64,000 nt of DNA from Vicugna vicugna (Eukaryota). The position numbers and the translations under genes were made by a program. Of the stretch, positions 22,581-35,357 are shown in pieces. The DNA lies in contig MU058009.1 in NCBI GenBank assembly GCA_013265495.1, forward strand, positions 3,863,780 to 3,927,779. The letters are read 5' to 3'. The notes beneath the pieces were generated by a model. It searched no databases, was not told where the DNA came from, and saw only the letters and a list, made by a program, of their open reading frames with translations. How positions within the stretch are numbered: the first letter of the stretch is position 1; the number at the start of each line of letters is the position of its first letter.

Positions 22581-24809
22581 CGTACAGTGCTAAGTACTAT
22601 TAAACTCCATGCAAATAAACTGCCATCTAGACTCCAAAGGGACTAAATAATTGGCTTTATTCTTGTGAGTTTATAATATTTTAGCAAACAGAAAGTGGGT
22701 TTTTTTTCCCAGTCTAGCATCAGTACAGAGATTATTATTGTTTGTAATACAGAACATGCAAATCAGCCCCTCCGTCCCACTCAGGTGAGTGAAAACGTGA
22801 AGAAAATGACTGTCATTGGAAGGAGAGTGGGTGTCCGGGGAAAGTCTCTCCCGGTTTCAGACTCTGCTGGCAACTTCCTCTTCCAGCCACTTGCAGGAAA
22901 CCAGCCCGAGAGGGTAAAGGGAACAGAGAGGCCTGTTAAAGAGTTGGATATGGATTTTACAATTAATGGGTAAAAAAAAAATCAAGACTTTCCTAACTGT
23001 GGTGCTTCCTAGACTCCAAGACAGCTTTGGTAGATAAGTGCAGCATGCTCGCCCGCAGGCTCAACTGCTTCAGGACAGGAGAGCAGCCTGGGGAACTGGG
23101 TGGACGTCCTGTAGCCCCGGGGCGCTCGGCCCCGGGTGATGCCGCGTCCCTCTGGTGCATCAGCCCCACCCTGTGTCCTGCCTGAGTTGCTGGAGCCTCA
23201 GTAACTGTGACGCCCCCGGGGCTACTGGCCTCACGTGTGCTCATCTCCGGGGCAAACGCAATTCCCGCACACTGACGCGGCCTCCCGTGTTTACTCAGGG
23301 GTGACGTCCTCTAGACAAGCCCTGGCACACAGAGCAGGGACTTCCGCTGGGGTGGGGGGACCTAGTCTGGTGGCTGGAGTTGCAGCCGTGGGTGATGGGG
23401 ATCAGCGCTCGCCTTGCTGGGGCTGTGTTTCCTGGAGCTGTCCCTGTGGGGTCTGAAGGGCGCCCAGCGAGAACTGAGCGCCCTCGTCCTGCGCTCCGGG
23501 CGGTGGATGGGGAAGCACCACCGAGGACCTGGGTCGGGTCAAGGAAAGGGCCCCTCCGCTCTCTCCTCATCCTTCAAACGGGGAGGGTTACTAAAGGTAC
23601 TGCCTACCTTCCAGGATGAGGCCAACGTGTTAGCATTACTGTGAAGGCGCTGGAAAGCTTCAAAGCCCTGTGCGCGTACGGGCAGTGCTCTCAGGACCTC
23701 GGTTTTTGCTGTGATCAGAGCCTCCTCCCTGGCTTCATCCTTCCCCGTGCTCCGGCTCTCATCCACATCTGCTGTGGCTCGCTCTCGGGGAGCCTCACGT
23801 CCTTAGAGAGCCCGAGTGCAGTTTTAGCCCGGAAATAAACCCCTCTCGTGGGCATAAGAAACCTGCTTTGTCTTGCTTTGTAATTTCATCAAAGGAAGCA
23901 TTTCCAGGAAATATGCTCCCCCTCTGATCGGTGCCCCCTTTTCTGCTGTTAACCTGGGCTGCTGGGCGGCCCACAGAGGAGGCTGGGGCACGGAGGGGCA
24001 CTCGGGGCATTGCAGCCCCCCCCAGCTGGTGCCCCCTCCCATCAGGGGATGCTTCGTTAGCTCTCTCGGGGGTCTTTGCACTTTCCTGCCCCCGCTGATA
24101 GCTGAAGCACAGGGTAAGTAGCTGTGGGGGAGAACAGGAAGATACCTTCCCTCCGAAGGTGACTTTCAGGGCTGGTGAGATTTAATTTATTTCTCTGTGG
24201 CAACCATCAGGGACGGACGTCTTCGCAGAGCTGGCCGGCACGCTCCCTGCCTTCCGGCAGGACTGGGGCACACGCGGCTCCTCTCCGCCCCGGGGATGTG
24301 GAACGTTGCCCAGCGGGGAGCTCTTCATCGACGCGTACGTGGGGGTCTGACGCAGCCAGGTCGCTGTGGTGGAAGGTCGCAGGCAGGGAAGGATGCTGCA
24401 GAGAGAGAGGAGACAGCTGCTCATGAATTCACTTCTTCCTTCCGCACCCCGGGTCTGAGTTTGCCTTTCCTGATCCTTACGAACTAGTTTTCCCGATCAA
24501 GATGAGCGCTAAGCCTGTTGCCTGTCTCCTCCTGTACAAGCCGTGGTTTCAGGTTGTGCCCAGATGAACAGAGCTGTGAGTTTGCAGAGACATTAATAAG
24601 CCTGTGCATTTAAATAACCTTTATCTTCCAAGGAGCTCGGAGGGTTATAGACGATGGGACGTCGCTTTTGTTTCATTTTATTTCCTGCTTCAGACACTTA
24701 GTATTCTTACCAAACTTTGAATTTCTGTGTCATCCTTCATGGGCCTCATGTACCATGAGGAAAAAAAATACATAACAAGGATGCCAACAAATTACTGTCA
24801 CAAAGACTC

Positions 24810-25020
24810 AGTGACACGTACGGAAGAGACTAGGACTGGAGACTGAATCCTGACCAGCCGCTGACCGACGAGCCATAGTAATTTTAGCCACTTCCCCTGC
24901 CTCAGGCGTTCAACTTCATTACCTGTAGAATCGGGACAGAAATATCTAACGTGTAGGGCTGTGGTGAGGGAAACATGCTGCCTGTTTCATTGTGAGACGT
25001 TATACAAATATAAGATGATT
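24810..25020 (+). mobile_element. MIR SINE
   Basis: 'gccacttcccctgcctcaggcgttcaacttcattacctgtagaatcgggac...gtagggctgtggtgagg'. Confidence 0.65.
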
Positions 25021-25489
25021 ATTATAAACGTTCCTTAGACGCCTCTGTTCCCCTTAGGAGCAGTTTACTCTTTATGTAAATAGGCCAGAGGGAAACTAAG
25101 GCACAGATGGAAAATGTACTTTTTCCTACTGCGATCTACAAACTAACGACTCCCAAAACTATTAATGCAGTTTGAACGCTTAGACGCTGAAAACTCTTAC
25201 GTCAAAATGCCGGCTGAGTAACTTGAAGACCCTGCCTGCAGCATCTGAGTCTCCCCGGCAGACCTGTGCCTCCTTCTGGGTTCCTCCTTCCCGTTTCTGC
25301 CACAAACACCTGTGCCAGGAACTGGAGTGGCATCCTGGCCTCCCTTCTGTAGAGCGGCAGGCGTGTCGAGGCCTTGACACTGGACCTCCCAGACCTTCCT
25401 CCCATCTGTCTCCTCACAGTTCCTGTCGCTGACATCTCAGGGAAGCCTCGCCCGTGTTTCCTCTAAATGCAACAGCTTTGCAGCCAGGC

Positions 25490-25900
25490 TTCCTCCCCTT
25501 CCTCACCCCTGACGCCATCTCGCAGTCTCGCCAGAGCTACGTGTATTAAGTGCAGACCCAACCATGTCAGCCTTCAGTGTCTTCCCTTTCCCCTCGCTCT
25601 CCTGCATCTCCACAGCCATGGAATAATCTCAAGCATCTCATCAGGATGAAGAGGGCTCTTTGTCACACGGACCCTCAGACACTGACTCCTAGGGGCCTAC
25701 CTCTCACTGGAACTGCCCGCAGCACTTGAGTGCAGTTCCTGAAAGCCCCTGCACTCCCTGGAGCACGGACGCTCTGTCCTCCTTGCACACAGTCCCCTTC
25801 CCCCACCTCGTCTGACAAGCTCCTCATCGCCCTCTGACCTCAGGCACGCCTGCCCTGCGACCCAGCCACTCCAGCACCAGTGTGTAGTGCGTCCCTGCCA
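25490..25900 (+). mobile_element. L2 LINE fragment
   Basis: 'gccagagctacgtgtattaagtgcagacccaaccatgtca' and 'ctgacaagctcctcatcgccctctgacctcag'. Confidence 0.55.
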
Positions 25901-28119
25901 TGCACAATGGGCCTCCCCCGTGCTCCCAGGGCGCCCACGGCACCCATCACCTCTCACGGTGACTTTAGCCGTACCCACACGTGACACATCTTTCTTAGCA
26001 GAATCCACGCGCGGGGTTTCAGTGCTGCTGCTCACGCATGTGTACTTGGTCGTACAGCCACTCAGCCAGCTCAGTTAAGGGCTTAGCACGCGCTGGGTAC
26101 TGCAGTAGGTGCCAGGCCACGCAGTGGGAAGGGGCCCTGGGGTAGGTGTCCGAGGTGTGGACCACGAAGTCTGCACGTGGAGATGCAGGCTTCCCCCTCC
26201 ACCCTGGGAACTGCTGACGGCTCTGAAAGTAAGGGACCAGCGCAGCAGAGGATGGTTCCTGCCAGCAGGGGCCACTGCAGCCAGCCAGACGCCCAGACAG
26301 CCACCATCCGAGGCAGTGGGAGCCCTGCCTTGAATTAATAACATCTAAACGTTTTCTATTTATATGTGAACATTCACATTTCTTTGCCTTTTGGGACCAG
26401 GCTGGATCTATTCATTCTCCTTAATGGCTTTGTAAACACTGTGGCTTCTGTGCCCCGCTCCCTCCTCCCTCCGCCGACTACTGCCTCTCCCTGCGCCGGA
26501 GTGATCTTTATTTTGATTGTATTCATTTCCTATAAGGAGAGAGGCTGTAAGTGAATGTACATCGGTTCAAATGACTTTCTGTTTTGAGAGTGTTCCCAGG
26601 GGGGTGCGATTCTTTTAATTTATTTAATCTGATGTGCTTTTCCAGAATCACTCTCTTCTGCAAAACAGATGGGCGGGGACCGCGTGGCAGGCACGGCGCT
26701 CTCTCTGCTCCCCACGGAGCCCTGGGCTCTCTGCACAAAGCTGGGGGAGGGGGGCGTGCGGGCCTGCGGGCCGCCTCGGGAGCTGCAGAGGGGCTTCTCG
26801 GGCAGCGTGGGGGCCTCGACATCCCAGGGAGCTGGCGTTGCCTTGCTCTGCCCCGGTGTCCTGCCTCCTGTTTGGTCTGACTAGAGAGAAAGGGACACGG
26901 GGCAGCCCGTGCCCTCAGCACTTAGCTCCACGAACCTGAACCTTTGTGCTGTAACGGGCCCACAGTTGAAGCAGCAGTGGGCGCTGCTGGGGAAGGTGGA
27001 GATGCTGCCAGCTTGATTTCCCAGTGCCGTTTGGTCTGAGTGAATTCAGCACGGACAGCCATGCCGTTGGGAACAGGGGCTTTCAAATCACGGACCTGAG
27101 TTTAAACCCCAGTTTGGCCACTCCCTAAGAATGCAAATTCAGGCAAACTAAGTTTCCTAGCACGTAACAGAGGCGTGGCAGTGTACCCACCCCCCAGGTG
27201 GCTCTGAACAGTAAATGCAGAACTTCCCGCATGCTCAGCCCTTTGTCTGCACAGAGCAAGCGTCCAAAGTGACGATGAGCGAGACAGGTGTTACCATGAA
27301 CGTCCAGAGCTGACACTGCAGGGAGGGCATTCTTCTCCTCTTCCCGACGGAAGGAGTTTGGCCTGTTAGATGGAAGTCCTGCTCTGGTGCCTGAGGCCCT
27401 GGGACACGCGTCTGTCCCCGCACTTACACCCCTGTGTGGCATCGTCTTTCATGCAGGGTCACCAGACATCCTGTCGGCTGCGTCGCCTGCGGCGTTGGGG
27501 TTGGGGCAGCGTCCTGTGACGGGCGAGGAGCCCAGGGACGCCCGCCGCGAACAGCGGCGCACTTGCTCCTCGGCGTGTTTACTCCAGGTCCCACTTAGGA
27601 GACTTTGGGTGACAGGCCATTAGGCACCTGCTTACATGTGACAGAGAAAAAGCGCCGGTGACCCTAATGTTCCCATGTTCTCTACGGCTGTCTTTCAGAA
27701 TACCCGCCCTGCCTTGCTTCTTTTTGAGAGACATCATTTTTTCGTCTATTTACAAGACGAGGTGTCGCCAACGTTGTCCAGGGCTGTTCTACACGATGGT
27801 TCAACCTGGACCATCTAGCCATCTGCATGGGGTGGCCCTGAATCTCCCTCGTTAGACAGTGTCCAGGCAGAGAGAGACCCTAAGACGTTACATGAAGCCA
27901 TAGGCACGTAGCCACATTCTCCTGTACTTTTGCCGTCTTTATTTTTGCAGTCAGGAAAAATGTTACTCTGACAACAAGATTACCACCCTGTCCCCTGCAG
28001 CCCGCTGTCCAAGCCGCGCTGCGGGTTCCTATGAAGACCGCAGGCTTCCCAGTTCTGCCCCCGTCTCCCTAACTCTGCTCGGTGCCTCCGGCAGCATAGC
28101 TGCCCAGGGCAGAGACCCA

Positions 28120-28977
28120 GCGGCCTCCTGACCCTCCCTTTCCTGCAGTCCTGTCGTCTGTCATCACCAAGTCCTGCTGACTTCACCCCAGATTCCCCTT
28201 GGACTCTAAGTTTCCACTCCCTCCTCCACGCCGCACGCCTCTGTCACCCGCTCAGACCGCAGCAGCGACCACCGGCCGGCGCGCCCTCACGCCGAGCCTC
28301 GGCCCGCCGCTCTCAGCGCGGGAGTCTCCTGCGAGTCTGACCGTGTGAGCCAGCTTCTGCTCCTCCCGTTCACCCTTCAGGGCACTTCCGCGCCACTTAG
28401 AATCAGGTCCCAAGTCCCTTCCCCGACCTGGCTGGCCCGGCCCTGCCTCCTCCGCACGAGCCCTCTCCCGCCTCAGTGGTCCCAGCCTCAGGGCCGTCTC
28501 TCCGTCCTGAGAAAAGGCACTTGGCGCCTCCATCCTGATGTCTTTCCCCTTCTGAAGGGCTCCTCCCACCCCCCACCNNNNNNNNNNNNNNNNNNNNNNN
28601 NNNNNNNNNNNNNNNNNNNNNNNNNNNNNNNNNNNNNNNNNNNNNNNACCCCCCACCCCCAGCCTCCCTGCAGCCCTGACCCCGGTCGCCCTCCAGGCTG
28701 CTTCCACTCTCCCTCCTCCCTCCTGGTCCCGGTTGGCTGGCTCCTGTTATCCTCTCTTAGTACGAACTTTTTATTTCTATTTCTAACGATGCTTCTTAGC
28801 ATCTGTAGGTATACACTTATACACGTACGTTTGCTCAGCGTCTGCCTCACGCGCTAGATCACAAGGAAGCCCCACGTCTGGCGGGGATCATGTCTCTTTC
28901 TTACCGTTTTATACTCAGTGTTTGGAGTGTGGTAACTGCCAAAGAAATAGATGCTCAAAAATTGCTTAATGAATGCG
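28120..28977 (+). mobile_element. L2 LINE 3' region, interrupted by an assembly gap
   Basis: 'catcaccaagtcctgctgacttcacc', 'ccacttagaatcaggtccc', and 3' end 'atagatgctcaaaaattgcttaatgaatg'. Confidence 0.7.
28578..28647. other. Assembly gap (70 N)
   Basis: Run of n flanked by C-rich sequence. Confidence 0.99.
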
Positions 28978-29024
28978 GAACCCAAATTTTATTCTGTTTT
29001 TCTGGGTATTTTAAAACTCAGTTG

Positions 29025-29823
29025 ACCTCAGGGAAGTCCACATCAAAGCCACTATGAGATGTCACTCGACACCTGTTGTAGTGACTCCCAGTTTAAATGA
29101 TGGATCCTAGTAACCAGGTGGATCCTGGCAACCGGCATGGACGTGCACTGATGGTAGAAATGCGAAATGCTAGCACGACTTTGAAAGGTAGCGTGACAGC
29201 TCCTCACAAAGAGAGGCACAGGCCTGCCATGGGACCCAGCCGTTTCACCCCTTGGTTCTAATCTAAGGTAAATAAAATCATACATCGATACAAAGGCTTG
29301 TGCACAAATGTTAACAGTAGCTTTACTTAAATTAGCCAAATGTGGGAACAATCCATGTCCATCAATGGATGAATGAACAAATGACGGTAAATCCACGTAA
29401 TGGAATGTGACTCAGCAGTAAATAGGAAGGAATTGTTGACACGGGCAACAGCAGGGCCGGATCTCAAACCAGCATGCTGAGCGAAAGAAGGCAGAGGCGG
29501 AAGGGGGCGGACGGTGCGAGGCTACGGTCCCACTGGGCCCTCCAGGGAAAGCACTGACGGAGGTGGAGCAGCGGCGTCTGGGGCTGGGTGCGGCGTGGGC
29601 ACTGGCTGCCGAGGACATGAGGTAGCTCTCCGGGGTGAGGAACACGGTCCCTGTCTTGCCGTGGGTGCTGGCACAGATGCACCCACACACTTGTCAGAAC
29701 TCACAGAGCGGCAGTTGTAAATGGATACACTTTAGTGTTGGTGTAAATACATAATATATATACACAGTGTGCATGTATATGTGCATAGACATGTATGACA
29801 CCTTGATAAAGTTGGTTTAAAAA
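29025..29823 (+). mobile_element. Old L1 (L1MC/L1ME-like) ORF2 end plus 3'UTR
   Basis: 'acaaaggcttgtgcacaaatgttaacagtagctttactt...atgtccatcaatggatgaatg...catgctgagcgaaagaaggcag...cttgtcagaactcacaga...ccttgataaagttggtttaaaaa'. Confidence 0.85.
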
Positions 29824-30015
29824 CTCCAGTGGGCACACAGGGAACGTCAGTTACAAATGGTCACATATGGAGCTTTCACTCTTGGCCTAAGAGGAATCCC
29901 GTGCTCCGGGGAGTGGAGACCCGCTGAGAGGCAGAGAGAGCAATCACTTCTCCCTTGATGGCATTTTCAGTTTGTCATGGCGAAGGGGAGCTAGGGGCTC
30001 CAGATGGACCACCTT

Positions 30016-30209
30016 TAGGGTGGCCAGGAAAAATACAGGACGACCTCCCAAACTTCAACTTACGATAAATAACAAACAGTTGTAGTATGTGTCTCCTGGA
30101 ATATTGAGGACACAGCTATACTAAAAAGCAAAAATAAAATCGTAGTTCATCTGAAATTAACATTGAACTGAGCATCCTGTATTTTCATTTGCTAAGGCCG
30201 GCAGCTCCT
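30016..30209. mobile_element. MER53 palindromic hAT-family MITE
   Basis: 'tagggtggccaggaaaaatacaggac...tatactaaaaa...tctgaaatt...aactgagcatcctgtattttcatttgctaa'; the arms aaaatacagga and tcctgtatttt are complementary. Confidence 0.8.
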
Positions 30210-30319
30210 CCAGGCTATCACGGTGCCGCCAGAACGTCTGAACTCGCACGTGGAGGGATTCTCTTTTCAACATGTTTTGCATTTTGTGATGCTGCTCATG
30301 TGGAAAATTGGAAGCAATA

Positions 30320-30430
30320 TTATATGGTGAAAATAACGCGGGTTTTGTAGTGACTCAGACCTTGATTCTAATCCCAACTGTGCTTCCTGACGCATTCTGA
30401 GAATGGGGCCCAGTCACCTGACATCTCTGC
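30320..30430 (+). mobile_element. MIR 5' fragment
   Basis: 'tcagaccttgattctaatcccaactgtgc...ggcccagtcacctgacatctctg'. Confidence 0.65.
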
Positions 30431-33400
30431 AAGGTGAGGGTGGTGACGTCTAACTCAGTTTCACTCACGCAGTGCCGGCAGCAGGACCAGGCACCTGTCA
30501 CCCCTCATCCGGGGGCTGCCTCTTCCCTCTGCTGTTCTGCCTTCTCCAGTAGAGGTCGTGTTCCAGCTTTGGGAAACCCTAGCACTGTGGTGCCAGGACC
30601 AGAGACAAGGGGAGCTCGTTGTTGGCATCACCCTAATTCTGAAAGGGTCACCAGGCTGCTGTCTTGGTTCTCACCATCGGTGTCCCTCGCTCTCACAGGT
30701 GTTCATGAACGGGTGAACACTGCAAGATGGTGCTAAACATGGGACTGAGTGTCACCATTTTCACTGTCTGCTGATGCTTCTTAAAGGAAAGGAAGGATGT
30801 GTAAATTGAGGCGGAGTAAGGAGGGACCTCCATCTACTCTGGGGAAGCTGGAGGGGTCGCCTCTTGTTAAAGATTTGCTCCAATAGGGGATTATTTTATC
30901 TCAGGAAGAAAAAGGCAAAAAACATTCAAGGGGAATAGTGAAAACTGCTTACTCCCCTGACTTCCCGGTACCTGGCAACAGCACGTAGACCTGAGGGCAC
31001 TCGGCGAAATTTACGGCCAGTAAATTTCCAGCCATTAAAAGGAAATGCTTCTTTATCTGCTACGCAGTGGGCTGCTATGGGAGGTCACTGAAGCAGAGCC
31101 AGGGGCTGGGTTTGAAAGGGGACCCAGCAATTTCATGATCCATAAAGTCTTGGCTGGTTGTGCAGCTTGGAGCGGGGCGTTGGATGCCACCTGGGAGCCC
31201 AGAGCGACAGCTGCTGCCTTCAGCAGGGCCGGGCTGTCTTTGGACATGTCTCCTGGTCCAGTACATTCCTGAGCAGCTCTTGGCACTGGAAATGTCCCTT
31301 CTTCCTTTGACCCTTCAGTCCTGGGCCTGGTGGAGAGCGTGTCCGATTGCTAATGTACAGTCTGCTTCGTCATCTCCTCCTTGACTTTTCCAACAGCTTT
31401 GTAACTAGTTCCCCATTATAGAATTCCTTCTGTTGGAGGCCTGTCGTGCACGCCCTCTGACCCCTGACCGATACACCTGGACACGCCGCTTCCCCCAGGG
31501 TATTTCTGCCAGTCGCTCATCATCTTGAAGGGATGGATACATTAGCTGTGATCTGCGTGGCGAACTTGGATGGAGGAGGAATGGGGTACCGACCCTTCTG
31601 GTTTCCATCTGCAGGGATGTCTGGTTCTGTGGTCAGGATATGTGACGGGAGACACTCCCATCAACTCAGGGGACACGCAAGCGACGCCAGGACTCAGTGC
31701 TCCGGATTCCCCCCGGGGGGGCTTGAAGTAAATCGGCAGCAGGTTATGGTTGTTACCCTCGCTGCTTCGTTCTCAAGAGGAGGTAGCCCTAAGGTGTTGA
31801 TGCAAAGCCAGGACTCAGGGCAATTTGATTATCTTCCGGGAGAACTTACCCAGAGCACAGGCGGAAGGACAGAGGTTACTCAAAACGTACTCAAGCTGAG
31901 GAAAGAAGCCCACCCCAAGTTAAAATGCAGGGTAGGTTTTAAAAACGCAGTCACGGAAAGCTGTGTTCCAGGGGTGGCACGTGGGTTAAAGACTTAATGT
32001 TCGTCACTGTCCTACCAGCTTCAGAGTTTAGACAGACCTCCCTTAGTCTATGGGATTAAGTGGGTCACGCGTGTGAAAGAGCCGTCAGTGACCGCTGGGA
32101 ACCGCAGGATTCACTTAAGCCACAAGCAGGAAACCCCCGAGCTCTTCAGCCCAGCGGGGACACCTTCGCGCAGCTTCACCCTGTGCTAGTGGTGGCCCAT
32201 TTAAAGGCACAGCTACAGACGGTGCCATTCCTTTCACTTTATCTCTGTAATCCAGCTTCCGTCTTTTCTCCCCCACCCCCAACTGCTCAGCTGATGATGT
32301 GGGCTCGTAAGATAGACATACTTCATTTCTGGACATTTGTGGGAAATGGAACGATATTTACATTTGAAAAAATTGAGTCATATTTCATATTCTCTACAAA
32401 ATACTGTGTTTGAAGCAACGTTCTCAGAGCTCTTCGAGAAAGAGAGAGAGAATTGATTCTTCTTTTTTTTTCAGTAAGAGATTATTATCCCCAAACTTAC
32501 CAGCAAGGTGCCCTCAGAGTTTTTTGAATGGTATTTCCTTAAAACATTCATCTGTCTAGATATGTCCTGATAGAAACAGTGACTGTAGGAACGTGAGAGA
32601 ATCACCCATCTCCACCGACGTAACTTTAACCACTGCAGGCATTTCAGTTTTGAAAAGTTCAGTGTCGTGTAATCCACAGAGCAGAGCAGGGCTGCGCCCC
32701 CGTGGCTGCCGTCTGGAATACGTTCTTCGAAAGCCTCCACACCTCTGTGATTCCACTGAAGACATGGTGGCCATCATGGGAGGGTTCACAGCTGTGCGGA
32801 GGGAGCGCTTGGGAGCCTCCAGCCCTACTCTGCTCTTTATTCCCTCGGACTGCTCATTGCCATATTCATAAGCCCTCTACAATAATGCTCCAGGCTTTCT
32901 AGGGAATGAGAAAATAATTCCACGTTCATGGTTCCAAGTAAAGTATTCCTGGGGCTGCAAAGCCAGTTCTAGAGAGGCTAGGATTGCCCGGCGTTCTGGA
33001 ACCCGCGAGGGCACAGAAGACGGTATTCAGTTTACACAGCCCTGCGGGTCCGAGTCGGATGTGAGCTGGAACGCGGACATCTTCATGGGCTTAACAACGA
33101 TCTTTCGTCGCCCCCTTCCCCGAGCTCATCTCTCTCTCTCTCTGTTTCTAACTCATTTGTTTGGACGATGCACACTTATGTTTACAACAACAGTTCTGCT
33201 TGCAAATAGTAACAAATTCATAACCATATAAAACAAATTTGTGCGAGATTAGAAAGAGCCTGCTCTTCTGCCCGAGGCCCGTTGCCTGAACGTGTTTACG
33301 ACCGTTCCCATGGTGCGGGTGGTGCGGGTGCTCGGGCTGGTTAACGCTTGTTTCCATGGCTGCTCCCAAAATTTGCAGGAAAGGAAATGCTCCGTCCAGG

Positions 33401-34965
33401 TCACTAATTCACCTTCCCGAAACTGAGAAGACAGGAAGCCAGACTCCACTGAAACTCCTCTCCCAGCTGGGCTTCTCTCTCCAGGAGGGAATCCCGGTTT
33501 CATTTGACTCCTAGTGCTTTTTCGAGATATGCCTTATAGGATGGAGAGGGCGATGTCAGAGTGTTAATGAAAAAACTAAATAACTCTCTGAAGATGAGCC
33601 CATCATCTGAAAAACAGAAGCTAATTTTGAATTATTAAAAGAGCCTGGATCACAACTCACCACTGAGAAGCAGAGGGAAGCAGAATGGTGTTCGGGAAGT
33701 CCAATTATTTCTGAACCAGAGACAGTCTTATTAAGTTGGGCAGAAAATTAATTAGGCTAATTAGAAACCCTCGTTGGAATTCAGCAAGGAGTTATGGGCG
33801 GCAACATGACGACACTGGATGTGGGAGAGGAGAAGCTTCTGGGGGAGGGGGGAGCGAGGTTTTCGGGAAGCAACGGGAGAGTGACCCACGCTCAGTGCGG
33901 CTATCGTCGGGCCACTTCGGAGGCGAGCAGGAGCGCCTCCGTGGACTTTCTGTTCCCAGTTGTGGGTCTTCACTGAGTGTTAAAAATGGTATCTGGTGTG
34001 TGTTATGAGGGGGAAAAGGGGGAAAAAAATACCTAAGATTTGTTCTGAGGCTGCAGTGGGATTTTGCATTTATTTTGGTATTTCCGATACGCTGGCTGAT
34101 CAGCATGGCGCATTGTTAAAAAGCGCTGGGTGGGTGGTTTTTTATCTTCACGGATTTATGGAGTCCTTAAAACATCTGTTCCATTCTGATCCCCCCGCTC
34201 AGTACAAAGACGTTAGTCAGGAAAAGTGCCGAGCGCTGCGCTGTTTCGAAGCCCTGACGCTGGCAGCAGCTAATAGAGGCCATCCTGATGCGGGAGTCGG
34301 TGTGGCTGGGGGCTGGGAAGGCAGGGCCAGGGGGTCCCGCGTCTGGGAGAAGACGCCCGAGGCGGGACTGGGGCTGCCGACACTGGGGTTGAAGCGCGGC
34401 AGGCGGGGCCCCCGGAAGGGGCACGGAGGGTGGCGGTGGGCTGCGGAAGCCTGGTCCCGGGGAGGTCAGAGCACGTGGAGAGGGCTCTGCCCAGGAGCCC
34501 GGAACATGATCTCTGCGTCTCTGCAAGGCCCTGTTCTGGGGGCCTCTCCTGTGCGGGTCCAGCAGAGAGGGGCTCTTCCAGCTCCCAGGGGACCATTCCT
34601 ACTGCTCTTGTTCACCGAGAATGTAAGGTGCCACCCAGCCAAATTCAGCAAGAGGGACAGAATGGCCAAAGAAGACACCTTCCCCACGTGAGGTGGGGCT
34701 GGGACGGAACTTCTGACCAAAACAGATGCTACCGTGCATCTGAGGCGCCTTGAAGGAGGCAGGAGGCATAGAGCAGACAGACAGGTTTAATGCCGACTGC
34801 GCGTCCGAGGCTTTCTCTGCGTGGATTCATCTCACTCCTCAGGGTGGTCCGGTGCGGTGGGTTCCGAGTGTCACATGACACAGGTGCGGTAACTGATATT
34901 CTGGGCGCTGGAGTCAGACGGGCCCCACCCCTCATCAGAAGAGGAAGCTGAAATCCGAACGCAGT

Positions 34966-35357
34966 TGATATGTGGACTGAGTGCTGGTGTCTCCCCAAGC
35001 CGTATGTTGAAGCCCTACTCCCTCCCCTCCACTGCCATAGGATGGTTTTTGGAGATGGGGCCTTAAGTAGCTAATTAGGGTTACCAGAGGCCATGAGGTG
35101 GGGCCCTCCTGATGAGATTAGAATCCTTATCAGTAAAGGAAGAGAAAAAGAGACTTCTCTTTCCCCATGGCAGGAGGAGAAGCTGTGTGAGGGCCCAGTG
35201 AGACATCGGCTTCAAGCCACCGTGAAGAGGGCCTCCCTAGAACCCAGCCCTGCGGGCACCCTGACCTCACACTCCCGCCTCCAGCACTTGAGAAAATGCG
35301 TTTCTGCCCTTCAAGCCGCCCAGTCCGTGTTGTCAGAGCAGCCTGAGCCAATCTGCA
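34966..35357 (+). mobile_element. MLT1A-like solo LTR (ERVL-MaLR)
   Basis: 'tggactga...tatgttgaagccctac...ggatggtttttggagatggggcctt...ggccatgaggtggggccctcctgatgagattag...ttcaagccgcccagtc'. Confidence 0.88.

Noticed and set aside
33996..34691. 231-aa plus-strand ORF
   Set aside because: G/R/W-rich and low-information, typical of GC-rich non-coding DNA; no homology recognised.
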